A DNA stretch of 64,000 nt from Octopus vulgaris (lineage: Eukaryota), in the NCBI GenBank assembly GCA_951406725.2, contig OX597831.1, positions 83,824,001 through 83,888,000 on the forward strand. Reading direction: 5' to 3'. Below the pieces are notes generated by a model. The model did not search any database. It worked only from the letters and a program-made list of their open reading frames with translations, and was not told the origin of the DNA. A program made the translations under genes and the position numbers. Shown here piece by piece: positions 11,461 to 24,929 of this stretch. Positions within the stretch are counted from its first letter, which is position 1, and every line of letters begins with the position of its first letter.

Positions 11461-12513
11461 GGATCTTTTCTGTTTGACCGGCAGTTTTTTAAAATAATTT
11501 CTTGGTAACTAAACACTTTTAAGCTTCGTATACTGGTAGAATGTGTTTATAAAACATCTTTTTCTCTTGGCTTTATTGAGAAAATTCTATAGTTTGTAAG
11601 ATATTTGGGTCTTTTCGGTTTGAACGGCAGTTTTTAACATAATTTCTTGGTAACTAAACACTTTTAAGCTTCGTATACTGGTAGAATGTGTTTATAAAAC
11701 ATCTTTTTCTCTTGGCTTTATTGAGAAAATTCTATAGTTTGTAAGATATTTGGGTCTTTTCGGTTTGAACGGCAGTTTTTAAAAATAATTTCTTGGTAAC
11801 TAAAAAATTTTAAACTTCGTATACTTGTAGAATGTGTTTATAAGACATCTTTTTCTCTTGGCTTTATTGAGAAAATTCTATAGTTTGTAAGATATTTGGG
11901 TCTTTTCGGTTTGAACGGCAGTTTTTTAAAATAGTTTTCACGTAACTAAACACTTTTAAACTTCGTATACTGGTAGAATGTGTTTATAAAACATCTTTTT
12001 CTCTTGGCTTTATTGAGAAAATTCTATAGTTTATAAGATATTTGTTGTTTTTTTTCTTCTTCAATTTCTGCAATTTCAACAAATCACTGACGACTATTGA
12101 GGTAAAAAACATTCTGTGCCGTATGAATATGTCCCTCGTTTAAGAAACAGATTGGGTTTATTTACATTTCTGAAGAAAAAAAAGATACCCTTACCCCTAC
12201 CCCTACCCAACCCTAACCCTAACCCTAAAACAGATTGAAATGCAATAGATCGATACTAGGGTCAATTTCTGCAATTTCAACCAACCACTGACGTCTATTG
12301 AGGTAAAGACATTCTGTGCCGTATGAATATGTCCCTCGTTTAAGAACCAGATTGGGTTTATTTACATTTCTGAAGAAAAAAACCATACCCTTCCCACCAC
12401 CCCTAACCCTAAAAGAGATTGAAATGCAATAGATCGATACTAGGGTCATAATTATGGGTGATAATTTCATATGACACCGCTAGAAAAAACTGCCGGTCAA
12501 ACCAAAAAGATCC
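11461..12513. mobile_element. Non-autonomous TIR element (MITE-like) with internal tandem amplifications and CCCTAA motifs
   Basis: TIRs of about 30 bp: ggatcttttctgtttgaccggcagtttttt / aaaaaactgccggtcaaaccaaaaagatcc. Four units of about 145 bp start at the left TIR, followed by a duplicated unit of about 200 bp. Confidence 0.85.
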
Positions 12514-12783
12514 CACACGTATGTATACACAAACACATGCGTATATATACATACATATATACATCACCACTTTTAACATTCTCCTTCCATGCTGGCATGA
12601 ACGTATGTATGTGTGTGTGTGTGTGAATATATATATATATATATATATAACAAAGAAAGATAGGGGTTATAGGTGTAACCCACTAAGGGATAGCATTTAT
12701 CCAATATACTGTTGGTAAAGTACCCAGATTCCTAATACATAAATGTTTTTAATTGCAATGCAATTAACTCATTTATTGTGGAT

Positions 12784-13165
12784 GGAAGCACTCCGTCGGT
12801 TACGACGACGAGGGTTCCGGTTGATCCGATCAACGGAACAGCCTGATCGTGAAATTAACGTGTAAGTGGCTGAGCACTCCACAGACACGTGTACCCTTAA
12901 CGTAGTTCTCGGGGATATTCAGCGTGACACAGAGAGTGACAAGGCCGACCCTTTGAAATACAGGTACAACAGAAACAGGAAGTAAGAGTGAGAGAAAGTT
13001 GTGGTGAAAGAGTACAACAGGGATCACCACCACTCCCTGCCGGAGCCTCATGGAGCTTTAGGTGTTTTCGCTCAATAAACACTCACAACGCCCGGTCTGG
13101 GAATCGAAACCGCGATCCTCCGATCGTGAGTCCGCTGCCCTAACCATTGGGCCATTACGCCTCCA
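12784..13165 (-). mobile_element. tRNA-derived SINE family B, full length
   Basis: Head ggaggcgtaatggcccaatggttagggcagcggac...ggtttcgattccc. Both flanks carry actcatttattgt, a likely TSD. Confidence 0.9.
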
Positions 13166-13459
13166 CTCATTTATTGTATTAAACGGGTGAAGGTAAAGAA
13201 ATATTTTTACTGCAAATTTATAATAGAAATAAGAAAATGGAGAAACAAATTTAGTTTGTTCATCAACTTTCGGATATTAGAATGTTGGATTAATTATTCA
13301 TTCAACAAAATGAGAACCTTAATAACATACATAAATGTCTTGTATTCTCTTATCTTACACGTGGGTGGCTTCCCAGACCCCAGTTGAACCATCCCGGATG
13401 CTAAACAATGATGATGATGATTATGTATGCTATTACGGTTCTCATTTTGTAAAATGAAT

Positions 13460-13912
13460 AAATAATTTAACAAATCACTGACGACTATTGAGGTAAAAAA
13501 CATTCTGTGCCGTATGAATATGTCCCTCGTTTAAGAAACAGATTGGGTTTATTTACATTTCTGAAGAAAAAAACGATACCCTTACCCCTACCCCTAACCA
13601 ACCCCAACCCTAAAACAGATTGAAATGCAATAGATCGATACTAGAGTCAATTTCTGCAATTTCAACTAACCACTGACGTCTATTGAGGTAAAAAACATTC
13701 TGTGCCGTATGAATATGTCCCTCGTTTAAGAAACAGATTGGGTTTATTTACATTTCTGAAGAAAACAAGATACCCTAACCCCTACCCCTAACCAACCCTA
13801 ACCCTAAAACAGATTGAAATGCAATAGATCGATACTAGGGTCAATTTCTGCAATTTCAACTAACCACTGACGTCTATTGAGGTAAAAAAACATTCTGTGC
13901 CGTATGAATATG
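13460..13912. mobile_element. Tandem internal fragments of the same TIR element as 11461-12513
   Basis: About 2.3 copies of the ~200-bp unit containing ccctaaccctaa. Confidence 0.8.
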
Positions 13913-14279
13913 TTTAATTGGAGCTGCTGATATAGTAATAGCAAGATTGGTTTAATTGAAACAGACAAAACAATTGTAAACTAAGCAATACACTCCATTA
14001 TTCATAATTCTATCATGTGTGTGTGTGTGTGTATACATATATATATATGCAGGGTGCAAAGGATACTTCGGGGCACATTTTCAGTACATCAATCTCTTTA
14101 GGCCAATCAAAAGATTTCTTTCAGTTTCTCCGTGGAAAATAAATTGGTAAATAACACTTGACTCAGGTGCATAACAGGGGGACTGAACCTCGAACCACAA
14201 CACTGGGAAGGAGCAAACTTCTCAACCATTACAGCCATGGCCACCCCCATGTGTATTTGTGTGTGTGTATATATATAAA

Positions 14280-14550
14280 TGTCTTAAGACCGTATCATGC
14301 GCGGGGACATAGGAATAATCGGACAGAATATCCGATCGCACGGTTAAACCATTGGGAGTGAAGGACTCCTAGCCTTTGTTAGGGCATCCTTCTAGGAGAA
14401 GGTAACTCAGGTAACTGGGATAACTCCGACATAAAACCTGCAGCCCAGTGGTTACCGATGATGTTGACTTGTTCTTCTTTTCGGATTATGGCTGCTGTTG
14501 CTTAGTGAGTGGGATTGACACAGTGCACAGCCTTTCCTCACTTTAAAAAA
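14280..14550 (+). mobile_element. Probable short RTE-derived non-autonomous retroelement
   Basis: ggcatccttctaggagaaggtaactc resembles RTE 5'-UTR motifs, and the element ends in an A-run. The assignment is from memory. Confidence 0.4.
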
Positions 14551-14987
14551 AATATTCTTGCACAGGCATTGCACGATAAAAATATTTGATTAAGCTTCGT
14601 GCAATGGCCATACTCGAGAACGAGAGGGCAGCCGCCATATATATATATGTAAATATTATATACACACGTATATATTTAAAAACCTGATAGCTAATATTAG
14701 TAACAGAGTGTCTAACCTCTCTTCCTCTAAAGAAATTTCCAAGCAAGTAGCCCCCCCCACCATAACAATGCCCTAACTAATAATGGCTTCAAGGATCATC
14801 ATCAATGGTGTTATTAAATGTCCACTTTCCATGCTGGCATGGGTTGGACAGTTTGACTGAGAACTGGCAAGCCAGGAGGCTGCACCAGGCTCCAATCTGG
14901 CTTGGCAAGGTTTCCACAGCAAGATGCCTTTCCTAATGCCAACCACTCCGAGTGTAGTGAGTGCTTTTTATGTGTCAACAGCACGGA

Positions 14988-15358
14988 AGCCAGTCAGGTG
15001 GCACTGGCATCAGCACAGGTGCCAGTCAGGTGGCACTGACATCAGCACAGGTGCCAGTCAGGTGGCACTGGCATCGGCACAGATGCCAGTCAGGTGGCAC
15101 TGGCATCGGCACAGATGCCAGTCAGGTGGCACTGGCATCGGCACAGATGCCAGTCAGGTGGCACTGGCATCGGCACAGATGCCAGTCAGGTGGCACTGGC
15201 ATCAGCACAGATGCCAGTCAGGTGGCACTGGCATCGGCACAGGTGCCAGTCAGGTGGCACAGGTGCCAGTCAGGTGGCACTGGCATCAGCACAGATGCCA
15301 GTCAGGTGGCACTGGCATCGGCACAGGTGCCAGTCAGGTGGCACAGGTGCCAGTCAGG
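14988..15358. repeat. 32-bp GC-rich minisatellite (gccagtcaggtggcactggcatcggcacagat), about 12 units, grown inside a family D retroposon
   Basis: Read directly; it directly follows the family D core at 14795-14987. Confidence 0.93.
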
Positions 15359-15436
15359 AGAATCAAGACCATAATAATAGATCTAGTGGCATCAAAGTTA
15401 AAGCGATACATGACCCCTCAAATATTAATCAGAATG

Positions 15437-15497
<61 letters not shown>

Positions 15498-15858
15498 GGG
15501 GACTCAAAACAGGGCGAGGAAAATTTGAAACCTGGTCAACTATATGTCCAGCTGCGTTCATTTGTCCCAGAGAAAGCTTGTAATGGTCCCGGTTATAGAG
15601 AAAGTTCATCAAATCTGCATGAAACAGGGGAACATCAACTGACTTCAGAAAGTCATTTATTGTGTGAGTTCTCTTGCGCAGATAAAATTGGCAGAGCCTT
15701 GAAACCTTATAATGCTTGTGAACAACAGTTGGGGGTCTTATGCTGGGTCTTTGACAAAATAATACCCACTAAAACCCCGTGAAGGTGGCACAACTGCGAC
15801 ATGGTCTTACTGTAAACTGAACTTTCCAGACCACATGGACAAAAAAATATTCCAATAA

Positions 15859-16760
<902 letters not shown>

Positions 16761-17182
16761 ATATATATATATACATGTCAGTGTGTGTGTATATCTTTGT
16801 GTTTGTCCTCTGCCACCACTTGCTTGACAACCGGTGATGGTCTGTTTTTGTCCTTGTAACTTAGCAGTTTGGCATAAGAAAGCAACAGATTTAAGTACCA
16901 CACTTTAAAAGAAGTACAAAGGTTGATTTGTTCGACTAAAATCCCTTCAAGGGAGTGCCCCAGCGTGGCCACAGATACATATGACAGGCTTCCCTACAGT
17001 CTCCATCAACCACATCCACTCACAAGACATGGTAGTAGTAGCAGTAGGAGGCCTGAAGCTATAGGGGGAGACACTTGCCCAAAGTGCCTCACACTGGCAC
17101 CCAACCACCCGCAACCATACATCCAGGCTTCACAGTTGCTATGTTTTCTTTTCGTGTTTCCACCATGACCACCACTACCTAC

Positions 17183-17395
17183 CTGCAGGTTTCAGACACT
17201 TCACAGCAGAACAGTCGTCTTCTTCTTCCTCCTCATCTGCCTCGTCTCCACTCAACGAGGCACTCTTCTTACTCTGTTTCACTCGACCAGACGGTTTCTT
17301 CTCCCGAGCACCACCAGAGATCTTCATCCTCTTCTGGCTCTTCTCCTCCTTCTTCATTTTGCTTTCGTTCACAGAGTTCATCTCTTTACATTTAT
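17183..17395 (-). CDS. KDM5: KDM5-family exon: basic/acidic linker and start of the C-terminal PHD finger (...DEADEEEEEDDCSAVKCLKPAG)
   Basis: Acceptor ttgtag|AT and donor GCA G|gtaggt; 213 nt, phase 1 to phase 1. An acidic run followed by CSAxxCLKP is typical of the start of KDM5/lid PHD3. Confidence 0.88.
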
Positions 17396-17471
17396 CTACA
17401 ACAAACAAACAAACATCACTGGCACAGATGGAATATCTGGGGCCTGGCGTGGGGACTCGTTTTATGCTACA

Positions 17472-17822
17472 CTAGCACTATGTCCCAGCAACGCAGGGTC
17501 ATAGTGCATGCATATACAGCTGCGTGCGTGCGCACATACATGCGAGTATTGTCCACATCTCTGACCAATCACAGCTAGCTGGCATTCAATTTGGCTTATC
17601 AAGTTTTGGGCATTTTGATTGGGTTTTGGACAGAAAATTCACAAAAAAGTCACTTCTATTGATTTTTTAATGGCTTTGTGGGGTGACTGGGGAAATGTAA
17701 AGATGTGCACGACCACCTTTGGACGGTTTTGAATGACCATAGAAAGTGCGAGCCCTCTAACTGAAAAATTGTGGATTTGTATAAAGGACACACAGATATT
17801 TTGCCATTTATATCTATAGAGA
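17472..17822 (-). mobile_element. Non-autonomous Helitron-like element (about 350 bp)
   Basis: On the minus strand: 5' A|TC, a subterminal hairpin (gcactatg..ccc...ggg.catagtgc) and 3' CTAG|T. A second copy lies at 55069-55411. Confidence 0.75.
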
Positions 17823-18051
17823 TGATGACTCCAACCCTGGGCTAAATCAATGAATACCAGCCTCATAATCGTCATTATTTCACATGCATGTCTTCTCAAG
17901 TCGAGCAGTGCACCACACATCTTGGACCTCCATTGCAAAATGTTAGTGACAAAAGCAAAGACAAGAAACTGCATTTGTGCAAAATAAAAAGCATATTTTT
18001 CAAGACATCAACACCTCAAACACTAGCATGGATTCTCGAAATTCTCAAATT

Positions 18052-18625
18052 ATATTTCTTTCTTTATTGCCCACAGGGGGCTAAACATAGAGGGGACAAA
18101 CAAGGACAGACAAACGGATTAAGTCGATTATATCGACCCCAGTGCATAACTGGTACTTATTTAATTGACACCGAGAGGATGAAAGGCAAAGTCGACCTCG
18201 GCGGAATTTGAACTTCAGAACCAAATGGTAGACAAAATACCTATTTCTTTACTACCCACGAGGGGCTAAACACATAGAGGACAAACAAGGACAGACAAAC
18301 GGATTAAGTCGATTACATCGACCCCAGTGCGTAACTGATACTTAATTTATCGACCCCGAGAGGATGAAAGGCAAAGTCGACCTCGGTGGAATTTGAACTT
18401 CAGAACCTAACGGCAGACAAAATACCTATTTCTTTACTACCCAGAAGGGGCTAAACACAGAGAGGACAAACAAGGACAGACAAACGGATTAAGTCGATTA
18501 TATCAACCCCGAAAGGATGAAAGGCAAAGTCGACCTCAGCGGAATTTGAACTCAGAACGTAGCGGTGGACGAAATACCGCTAAACATTTCGCTCGGCATG
18601 CTAATGATTCTGCCAGCTCGCCGCC
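18052..18625 (-). mobile_element. SINE family C, head-to-tail trimer
   Basis: One head followed by three tandem bodies of about 185 bp. Confidence 0.88.
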
Positions 18626-18969
18626 CTCTTAATTCTATTTTTAGAAACTTGGGGGCATTGCCAGGCACACCGTATATGGCACTAACACAGGCCACATGTG
18701 CCTGCCGGGCATGAAACTGGGCAAACTACATGGTGCATCTCAACATACCATGCCACACCAAAATACATGTGACACACACTGCGCAGCACCATATGCACAG
18801 TGCAGCACAGACACAAGTTTACACGCCAAACCCCACACACACCTGTCAATCCTTACAACATTTGGTAAGCCTTATAACAAGATCCCCTAACCCCTAGTAA
18901 ACCACCTCCCTTCTTCACCAGAACTGGTTTAAAAAAAAAAGGGGGGGGTCTGCAAATTAAATCACTTAC

Positions 18970-19201
18970 TTTTCTCTTTCAATTTCAGATCTTTGTCCTT
19001 CACAACAAGTTTTTTCCTTGGTTTTGATGAAGGGCTGTTCTCGTCTTTACTCCTCTTGCTTTTCGTCTCGCAATTCTCAGACTCCTCCTCTTTCTTCTTC
19101 CTTTTCTTCTTCACTTTCTCCTTCTCCTTTTCTTTCTCTTTGCCCTTTGCCGGAACTTTCTCCGGTTTCTCTTTCATCGGAATTCTCTCCGTTGTCAACT
19201 C
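18970..19201 (-). CDS. KDM5: KDM5-family demethylase, internal exon (Lys-rich, NLS-like: ELTTERIPMKEKPEKVPAKGKEKEKEKEKVKKKRKKK...)
   Basis: Acceptor ...gacttccag|GAG (phase 0) and donor AAA A|gtaagt. The exon is 232 nt and ends in phase 1, matching the next exon's phase-1 acceptor. The gene name comes from the downstream PHD exons. Confidence 0.8.
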
Positions 19202-19669
19202 CTGGAAGTCCGCAACAGGAGAGAGGCAACGAGAAAAACACTTCAGTTTGTGACAAAAAGTAGCAAGCGTGTTAACGGGAACGGGGGTTGTGGTAGGGAC
19301 AGACAGGCAGGCAGACTGATAGAGTAGGGGTCAGTTGGTTTGGGCACAAACAGACAAAAAGGAGGACAGTGTAAGAGACAGCTGAGGGCTAGAGAGAGTT
19401 TAACAGGTTGGCTCCCACATGACGGGCCAGTGGGTCCTGGTTGTATGTTAGGGAGTCCCTCCCGACCCACCAGAGGGGGATTTTTTCCCCATTTCTTTCC
19501 TTTGGGATTTCCGAGAGGTATAGTATAGGAGAAAAAATATTATGCTGTTCATGTCGAAATTAATTAAGATTGGGACCCTGGGGGATAAAATGTAAAATGA
19601 AGCTTGATAGCCAATGTGTTAACAGAGTTTGAGGGAGGGGGCAGACAAAAAGAGGAGGAGGTGGGTTTA

Positions 19670-19736
19670 CAAAGCCTTGTGAGTCGATTTGGTAGACGGA
19701 AACTGAAAGAAGCCCGTCTATATATATATATATATA

Positions 19737-19795
<59 letters not shown>

Positions 19796-19980
19796 CATCG
19801 CTTGACATCAGATGCTGGTGTGTTTACGTCCCCGTAGCTTAGCGGTTCGGCAAAAGAAACCGATAGAATAAGTACTAGGCTTACAAAGAATAAGTTCTGG
19901 GTTCGATTTACTCGACTAAATGCGGTGCTCCACCATGGCCACAGTCAAATGACAGAAACAATCAAAAGAGTAAAAGAATA
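19670..19980 (+). mobile_element. SINE family A, 5'-truncated
   Basis: Family A body, microsatellite and tail. Confidence 0.8.
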
Positions 19981-20004
19981 TATATATGTATGTATGTATG
20001 TATG

Positions 20005-20050
<46 letters not shown>

Positions 20051-20053
<3 letters not shown>

Positions 20054-20432
20054 AGGTGCAATGGCCCAGTGGTTAGGGCAGCGGACTCGCGGTCATAGGA
20101 TCGCGGTTTCGATTCCCAGACCGGGCGTTGTGAGTGTTTATTGAGCGAAAACACCTAAAGCTCCACGAGGCTCCGGCAGGGGATTGTGGTGATCCCTGCT
20201 GTACTCTTTCACCACAACTTTCTCTCACTCTTACTTCCTGTTTCTGTTGTACCTGTATTTCAAAGAGCCGGCCTTGTCACTCTCTGTGTCACGCTGAATA
20301 TCCCCGAGAACTACGTTAAGGGTACACGTGTCTGTGGAGTGCTCAGCCACTTACACGTTAATTTCACGAGCAGGCTGTTCCGTTGATTCGGATCAACCGG
20401 AACCCTCGTCGTCGTAACCGACGGAGTGCTTC
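20051..20432 (+). mobile_element. SINE family B, full length
   Basis: Near-identical reverse complement of 12784-13165. Confidence 0.9.
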
Positions 20433-20633
20433 CATACCTGAATCAAATTTGAGAATAGCTACGTGTGGGACGTCATTGACCATATATATTTCAGATCAGG
20501 ACCGACCTGGGATCAACAAGAACAACAACAGCAACATCAACAGTAACAACAACTATAATCATTGGTACTAATCACTGTACATTTGATAAGAGTAGTCCTA
20601 GGTATACTATGAATAAGCACTGGAACACTATTA

Positions 20634-21049
20634 GGATCTTTTCGGTTTGAACGGCAGTTTTTTCTTGCGGTGTCATATGAAATTGTCACCCATAATTATG
20701 ACCCTAGTATCGATCTATTGCATTTCAATCTCTTTTAGGGTTAGGGTTAGGGGTGGGGAGGAGGGTATCTTTTTTTCTTCACAAATGTAAATAAACCCAA
20801 TCTGTTTCTTAAACGAGGGACATATTCATACGGCACAGAATGTTTTCACCTCAATAGACGTCAGTGATTGGTTCAAATTGCAGAAATTGAAGAAAAAACC
20901 AACAAATATCTTACAAACTATAGAATCTTCTCAATAAAGCCAAGAGAAAAAGATGTTTTATAAACACATTCTACCAGTATACGAAGTTTAAAATTTTTTA
21001 GTTACGTGGAAATTATTTTAAAAAACTGCCGTTCAAACCAAAAAGATCC
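20634..21049. mobile_element. Unit-length (about 415 bp) copy of the GGATC-TIR MITE
   Basis: TIRs ggatcttttcggtttgaacggcagtttttt / aaaaaactgccgttcaaaccaaaaagatcc, with internal tagggttagggttaggg. Confidence 0.88.
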
Positions 21050-21486
21050 CACTTTTACTCACGGGCATGGTGGGTCAGGCCTGACTAAGAATAAACAGCA
21101 AAAACACTTTCAACAATTATAGCGACAGGACCTTTTCGTTTCTCTTGACCAGCTAGAAATAGTAGTCTAATCCTCTCCTCATACCTACTTTAGAATGTAT
21201 AACCTATTAGATTGTCCTAGACGTTGCTAACAAGAGGAGGTGGTCACAGCATCATTTTGCTAATGATTGATCATCCGATAAATAACAACAATACTGTGCA
21301 TTACGTACTCTAATCCCAGGTTTGAATATCAGATGGGATGGTCACAGCTGGAACACCTTTCTACGTACGGCTAAACAAGAGTAACAACAACAAAAAAACA
21401 GCAACATAACCACAAAGGCTAAATACTATGTTGAATGTTAGATACTGTAGTCTATATAATTTTTTGTTGCAGATTATGAACGTATA

Positions 21487-21887
21487 GGCGTAGGAGTAGC
21501 TGTGTGGTAAGTAGCTTGTTTACCAACCACATGGTTCCAGGTTCAGTCCCACTGCGTGGCACCTTGGGCAAGAGCCTTCTACTATAGCCTCGGGCCGACC
21601 AAAGCCTTGTGAGTGGATTTGGTAGACGGAAACTGAAAGAAGCCCGTCGTATATATGTATATATATGTGTGTGTGTTTGTGTGTCTGTGTTTGTCCTCCT
21701 AGCATTGCTTGACAACCGATGCTGGTGTGTTTACGACCCCGTAACTTAGCGGATTGGCAAAAAGAGACCGATAGAATAAGTAACAGGCTTACAAAGAATA
21801 AGTCCTGGGGTCTATTTGCACAACTAAAGGCGGTGCTCCAGCATGGCCACAGTCAAATGACTGAAACAAGTAAAAAAGTAAAAGAGT
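21487..21887 (+). mobile_element. SINE family A, full length
   Basis: Head, internal microsatellite and tail are all present. Confidence 0.9.
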
Positions 21888-22463
21888 ATACACAGAAATA
21901 AGAACAAACTCTCATATGTATTATATATAAACACACACACATCCACACACACATTCTTTCATTCATCCTTCCTTACATACATACATGCATGCACACATAC
22001 ATGCATGCATACATACATACATACGTACATACATACATACATACATACATGCAGACATACATACATTCATACATACATATATATATACTCAGAAATATGA
22101 GGGTATAGATTTGAGCGTACGTCTATATGTCTGTTGGAGGAGTATTGCACACACGTGCACACACACACATGCATACACACACACACACACACACATGTAT
22201 GTTCAGAATGATAAAGAGAACGTGAACTGAATAAAATGACAAAAAAAACAGTCATGAGCAAGCCCCCCATTTAATCACCATTTGGTCAGGGTGGTCTGTC
22301 ACATATTACACACATATGCGCATGTGTGTATGTATACATGCACATATATTTAGAAATGTATAGGATCAACCAGATTGCCTGAGGCAGGTGTTATTCTGCG
22401 TCGTCAAGATTTCTGTCATGCATCAACTGAATAGCAACGCTCCCTGAAAACTATACTGCTTAA

Positions 22464-22868
<405 letters not shown>

Positions 22869-23173
22869 AAATGCAAAATGGACAAGAAGGCAAAACATCC
22901 AAATAGACGAGGCAAAAAACACGGACGGGTCATTCGAAGCCTTTAATCTTCAGTCAAGAACCGGATCATCCTCGCAATTTCGGCTGATTAATCTTGAGAT
23001 TGCTCCAATCTGGCCAGCCCCAACGAAAAACTAAGCTAAGAGCATTAGATTCCTCGGAAATATATATATATAAGTATAAGGTGTGTTATGAGCATTTATA
23101 GAACACAGTCCTATATAAGCTGAACAAGACAATTAAAGATGGAGAAGAGAAGATATTAAAAGTTTGATAACAT

Positions 23174-23174
23174 T

Positions 23175-23205
<31 letters not shown>

Positions 23206-23873
23206 ATTTGGCTCAAAAGCAAATAGCAAGGCCATGTAGGGGGACATGGAGTTAAGTACAGGGTGGTGTTCATGTAAAGAGTTCAGGCCACTTGAGGTCC
23301 AGGGAGGCTTTGAACAAAGCGGTCGTCGGCATCTTCACCATCTCGTCTGGCAGCTTGTTCCACGGATCCGCAACCCGGACGGAGAAAGCTCCTCTCCTTC
23401 GATTGAGATGAAATCGTCGCAGGTAGAGCTTTTCGGAATGACCCCGCAGCCGACGCTCTGGAGCAGGAGTGAAGAACAGCTCTTTCGAGAGGTTACACTT
23501 TCCGCTTATGATGTTGTGGGCGAGAATGAGATCACCACGGCGGCGGCGTTTTTCAAGAGAATAAAGGTCGAGCGTCCTCAGCCTTTCTTCGTAGGACAAA
23601 TTTTTGAGACCATGAACCATGCGGGTAGCCAGCTTCTGGACTCTTTCGAGATGCTGTATGTCTTTGAGGAGATAAGGAGAAGAGGCTTGAATCCCATACT
23701 CCAATATGGGTCTCACCAGCGTGACATAGAGTGGTAGGAATATGGCTGCTGAGAGCATTCCGAATGACCGTCGAATCAAGAACAGAATTCCGCGTGCTTT
23801 GTTGGCAGCATGGACGCACTGGGCCGAAGGCGAAAAGGAGGAATCCACCAAGATACCCAGGTCCTTTAATCCA
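23174..23873 (-). mobile_element. 5'-truncated CR1/L2-like LINE with intact ORF2 C-terminus and (TAAC)n tail
   Basis: KDLGILVDS...LYVTLVRPILEYG...LERVQKLATRMV.GLKNLSYEERLRTLDLYSLEKRRRRGDLI...FSVRVADPWNKLP is open for about 200 aa. Confidence 0.95.
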
Positions 23874-23964
23874 TGCATACAATCGTTTCAAATGGTAAGA
23901 AACATGGAAGAGATTAAATTAATTATAATTAATTTAGTTATATACTACCATTCTCGTCAGTGCA
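23874..23964 (-). ncRNA. Type I hammerhead ribozyme motif with long stem II
   Basis: TGCA-CTGACGA-GAATGGTA...TACCATTT-GAAA-CGATTG-TA-TGCA. The core is canonical, stem II has 8 bp and encloses an AT hairpin, and the triplet is GUA. Confidence 0.8.
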
Positions 23965-24157
23965 AAAAATGAAGGAAACATGAGAAAAGTCGTAACGGAA
24001 GAAGAAATATGTTGTTACAGGATACTGTGTTGAGTCTGTGTGACTCATTCGGATATGAAGAATATGAAGGCTGAAATATAAAATGTAAAAACATAGTTAT
24101 ATATATATATATATATACCATGGTTATGAGTAAGTATTTCATTTATGTCTTACGTAT

Positions 24158-24218
24158 TTATCGCTGAAGAGGGGAAAATTCTTATGAATTAACCCCGAAA
24201 TTGGGACCAATACGGTAA
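24158..24218 (+). ncRNA. Type I hammerhead ribozyme motif
   Basis: TTATCG-CTGAAGA-GGGG aa AATT cttatg AATT aa CCCC-GAAA-TTGG ga CCAA-TA-CGGTAA. All three stems and a canonical core are present; the triplet is AUA. Confidence 0.85.
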
Positions 24219-24345
24219 TAACGGATTTTTTAGAAATCTTTATCGGCTTGTTTCGAGACGCATAAATTATAATGGTTATTGACAATTTTGTCTTTTTTTC
24301 GGCATATTTGGCATTAGAATTTGTCTTTTGCCCTTATTTTATAAG

Positions 24346-24402
<57 letters not shown>

Positions 24403-24586
24403 GTGAGGGAAGAAATGGAGCTGAACGAAGATTCTCCAAAATTCCTTTTTATTATTTTCTACACATGTTTCAAAGGCTGCAAATTCCCTAATTCGGATTG
24501 AATAAGGAGACCATTTTGCAGCTTTCTATTCAGGAAAATCCAGGAATTTAAATCTCCAAACAAATGCGCAGCAAGCTTTTCGAACA

Positions 24587-24622
<36 letters not shown>

Positions 24623-24625
24623 ATG

Positions 24626-24674
<49 letters not shown>

Positions 24675-24840
24675 ACACAAGCACACGCACACACGTATAT
24701 GCGGGTGGTCAACAAACGAAAGAGATACTCATCACATTTAGTAGGAGCTACATGCCAGCTTACACGTATGCACATCCCCGCCACACACATACACACACAC
24801 ACACATATACATATATACATATGCATGTATATATATAGTA

Positions 24841-24882
<42 letters not shown>

Positions 24883-24929
24883 GAGAGATGAGGGGGAGGA
24901 CAAACGAAAGAAAGTGATGTGTCATCAAA

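Noticed and set aside
12190-12230. CCCTAA repeats as a telomere or interstitial telomeric array
   Set aside because: Only 2-3 units, always at the same position inside the GGATC-TIR element.
14924-15583. 219-aa repetitive ORF and a CRISPR-like look of 32-bp repeats
   Set aside because: The units are contiguous with no unique spacers, there are no cas genes and the context is eukaryotic; it is a minisatellite.
19243-19530. Non-repetitive ORF upstream of the 19201 exon as an extra KDM5 exon
   Set aside because: No KDM5-like sequence and no clear splice-site pair; treated as intron.
20051-20125. tRNA-like sequences at SINE heads
   Set aside because: They have A/B boxes but no complete cloverleaf and continue into SINE bodies, so they are not tRNA genes.
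22920-22960. CTGAAGA...CGAA hammerhead-like string on the minus strand in a TA-flanked cassette
   Set aside because: It reads GAAT instead of GAAA with no convincing stem I or II; at best a dead relic.
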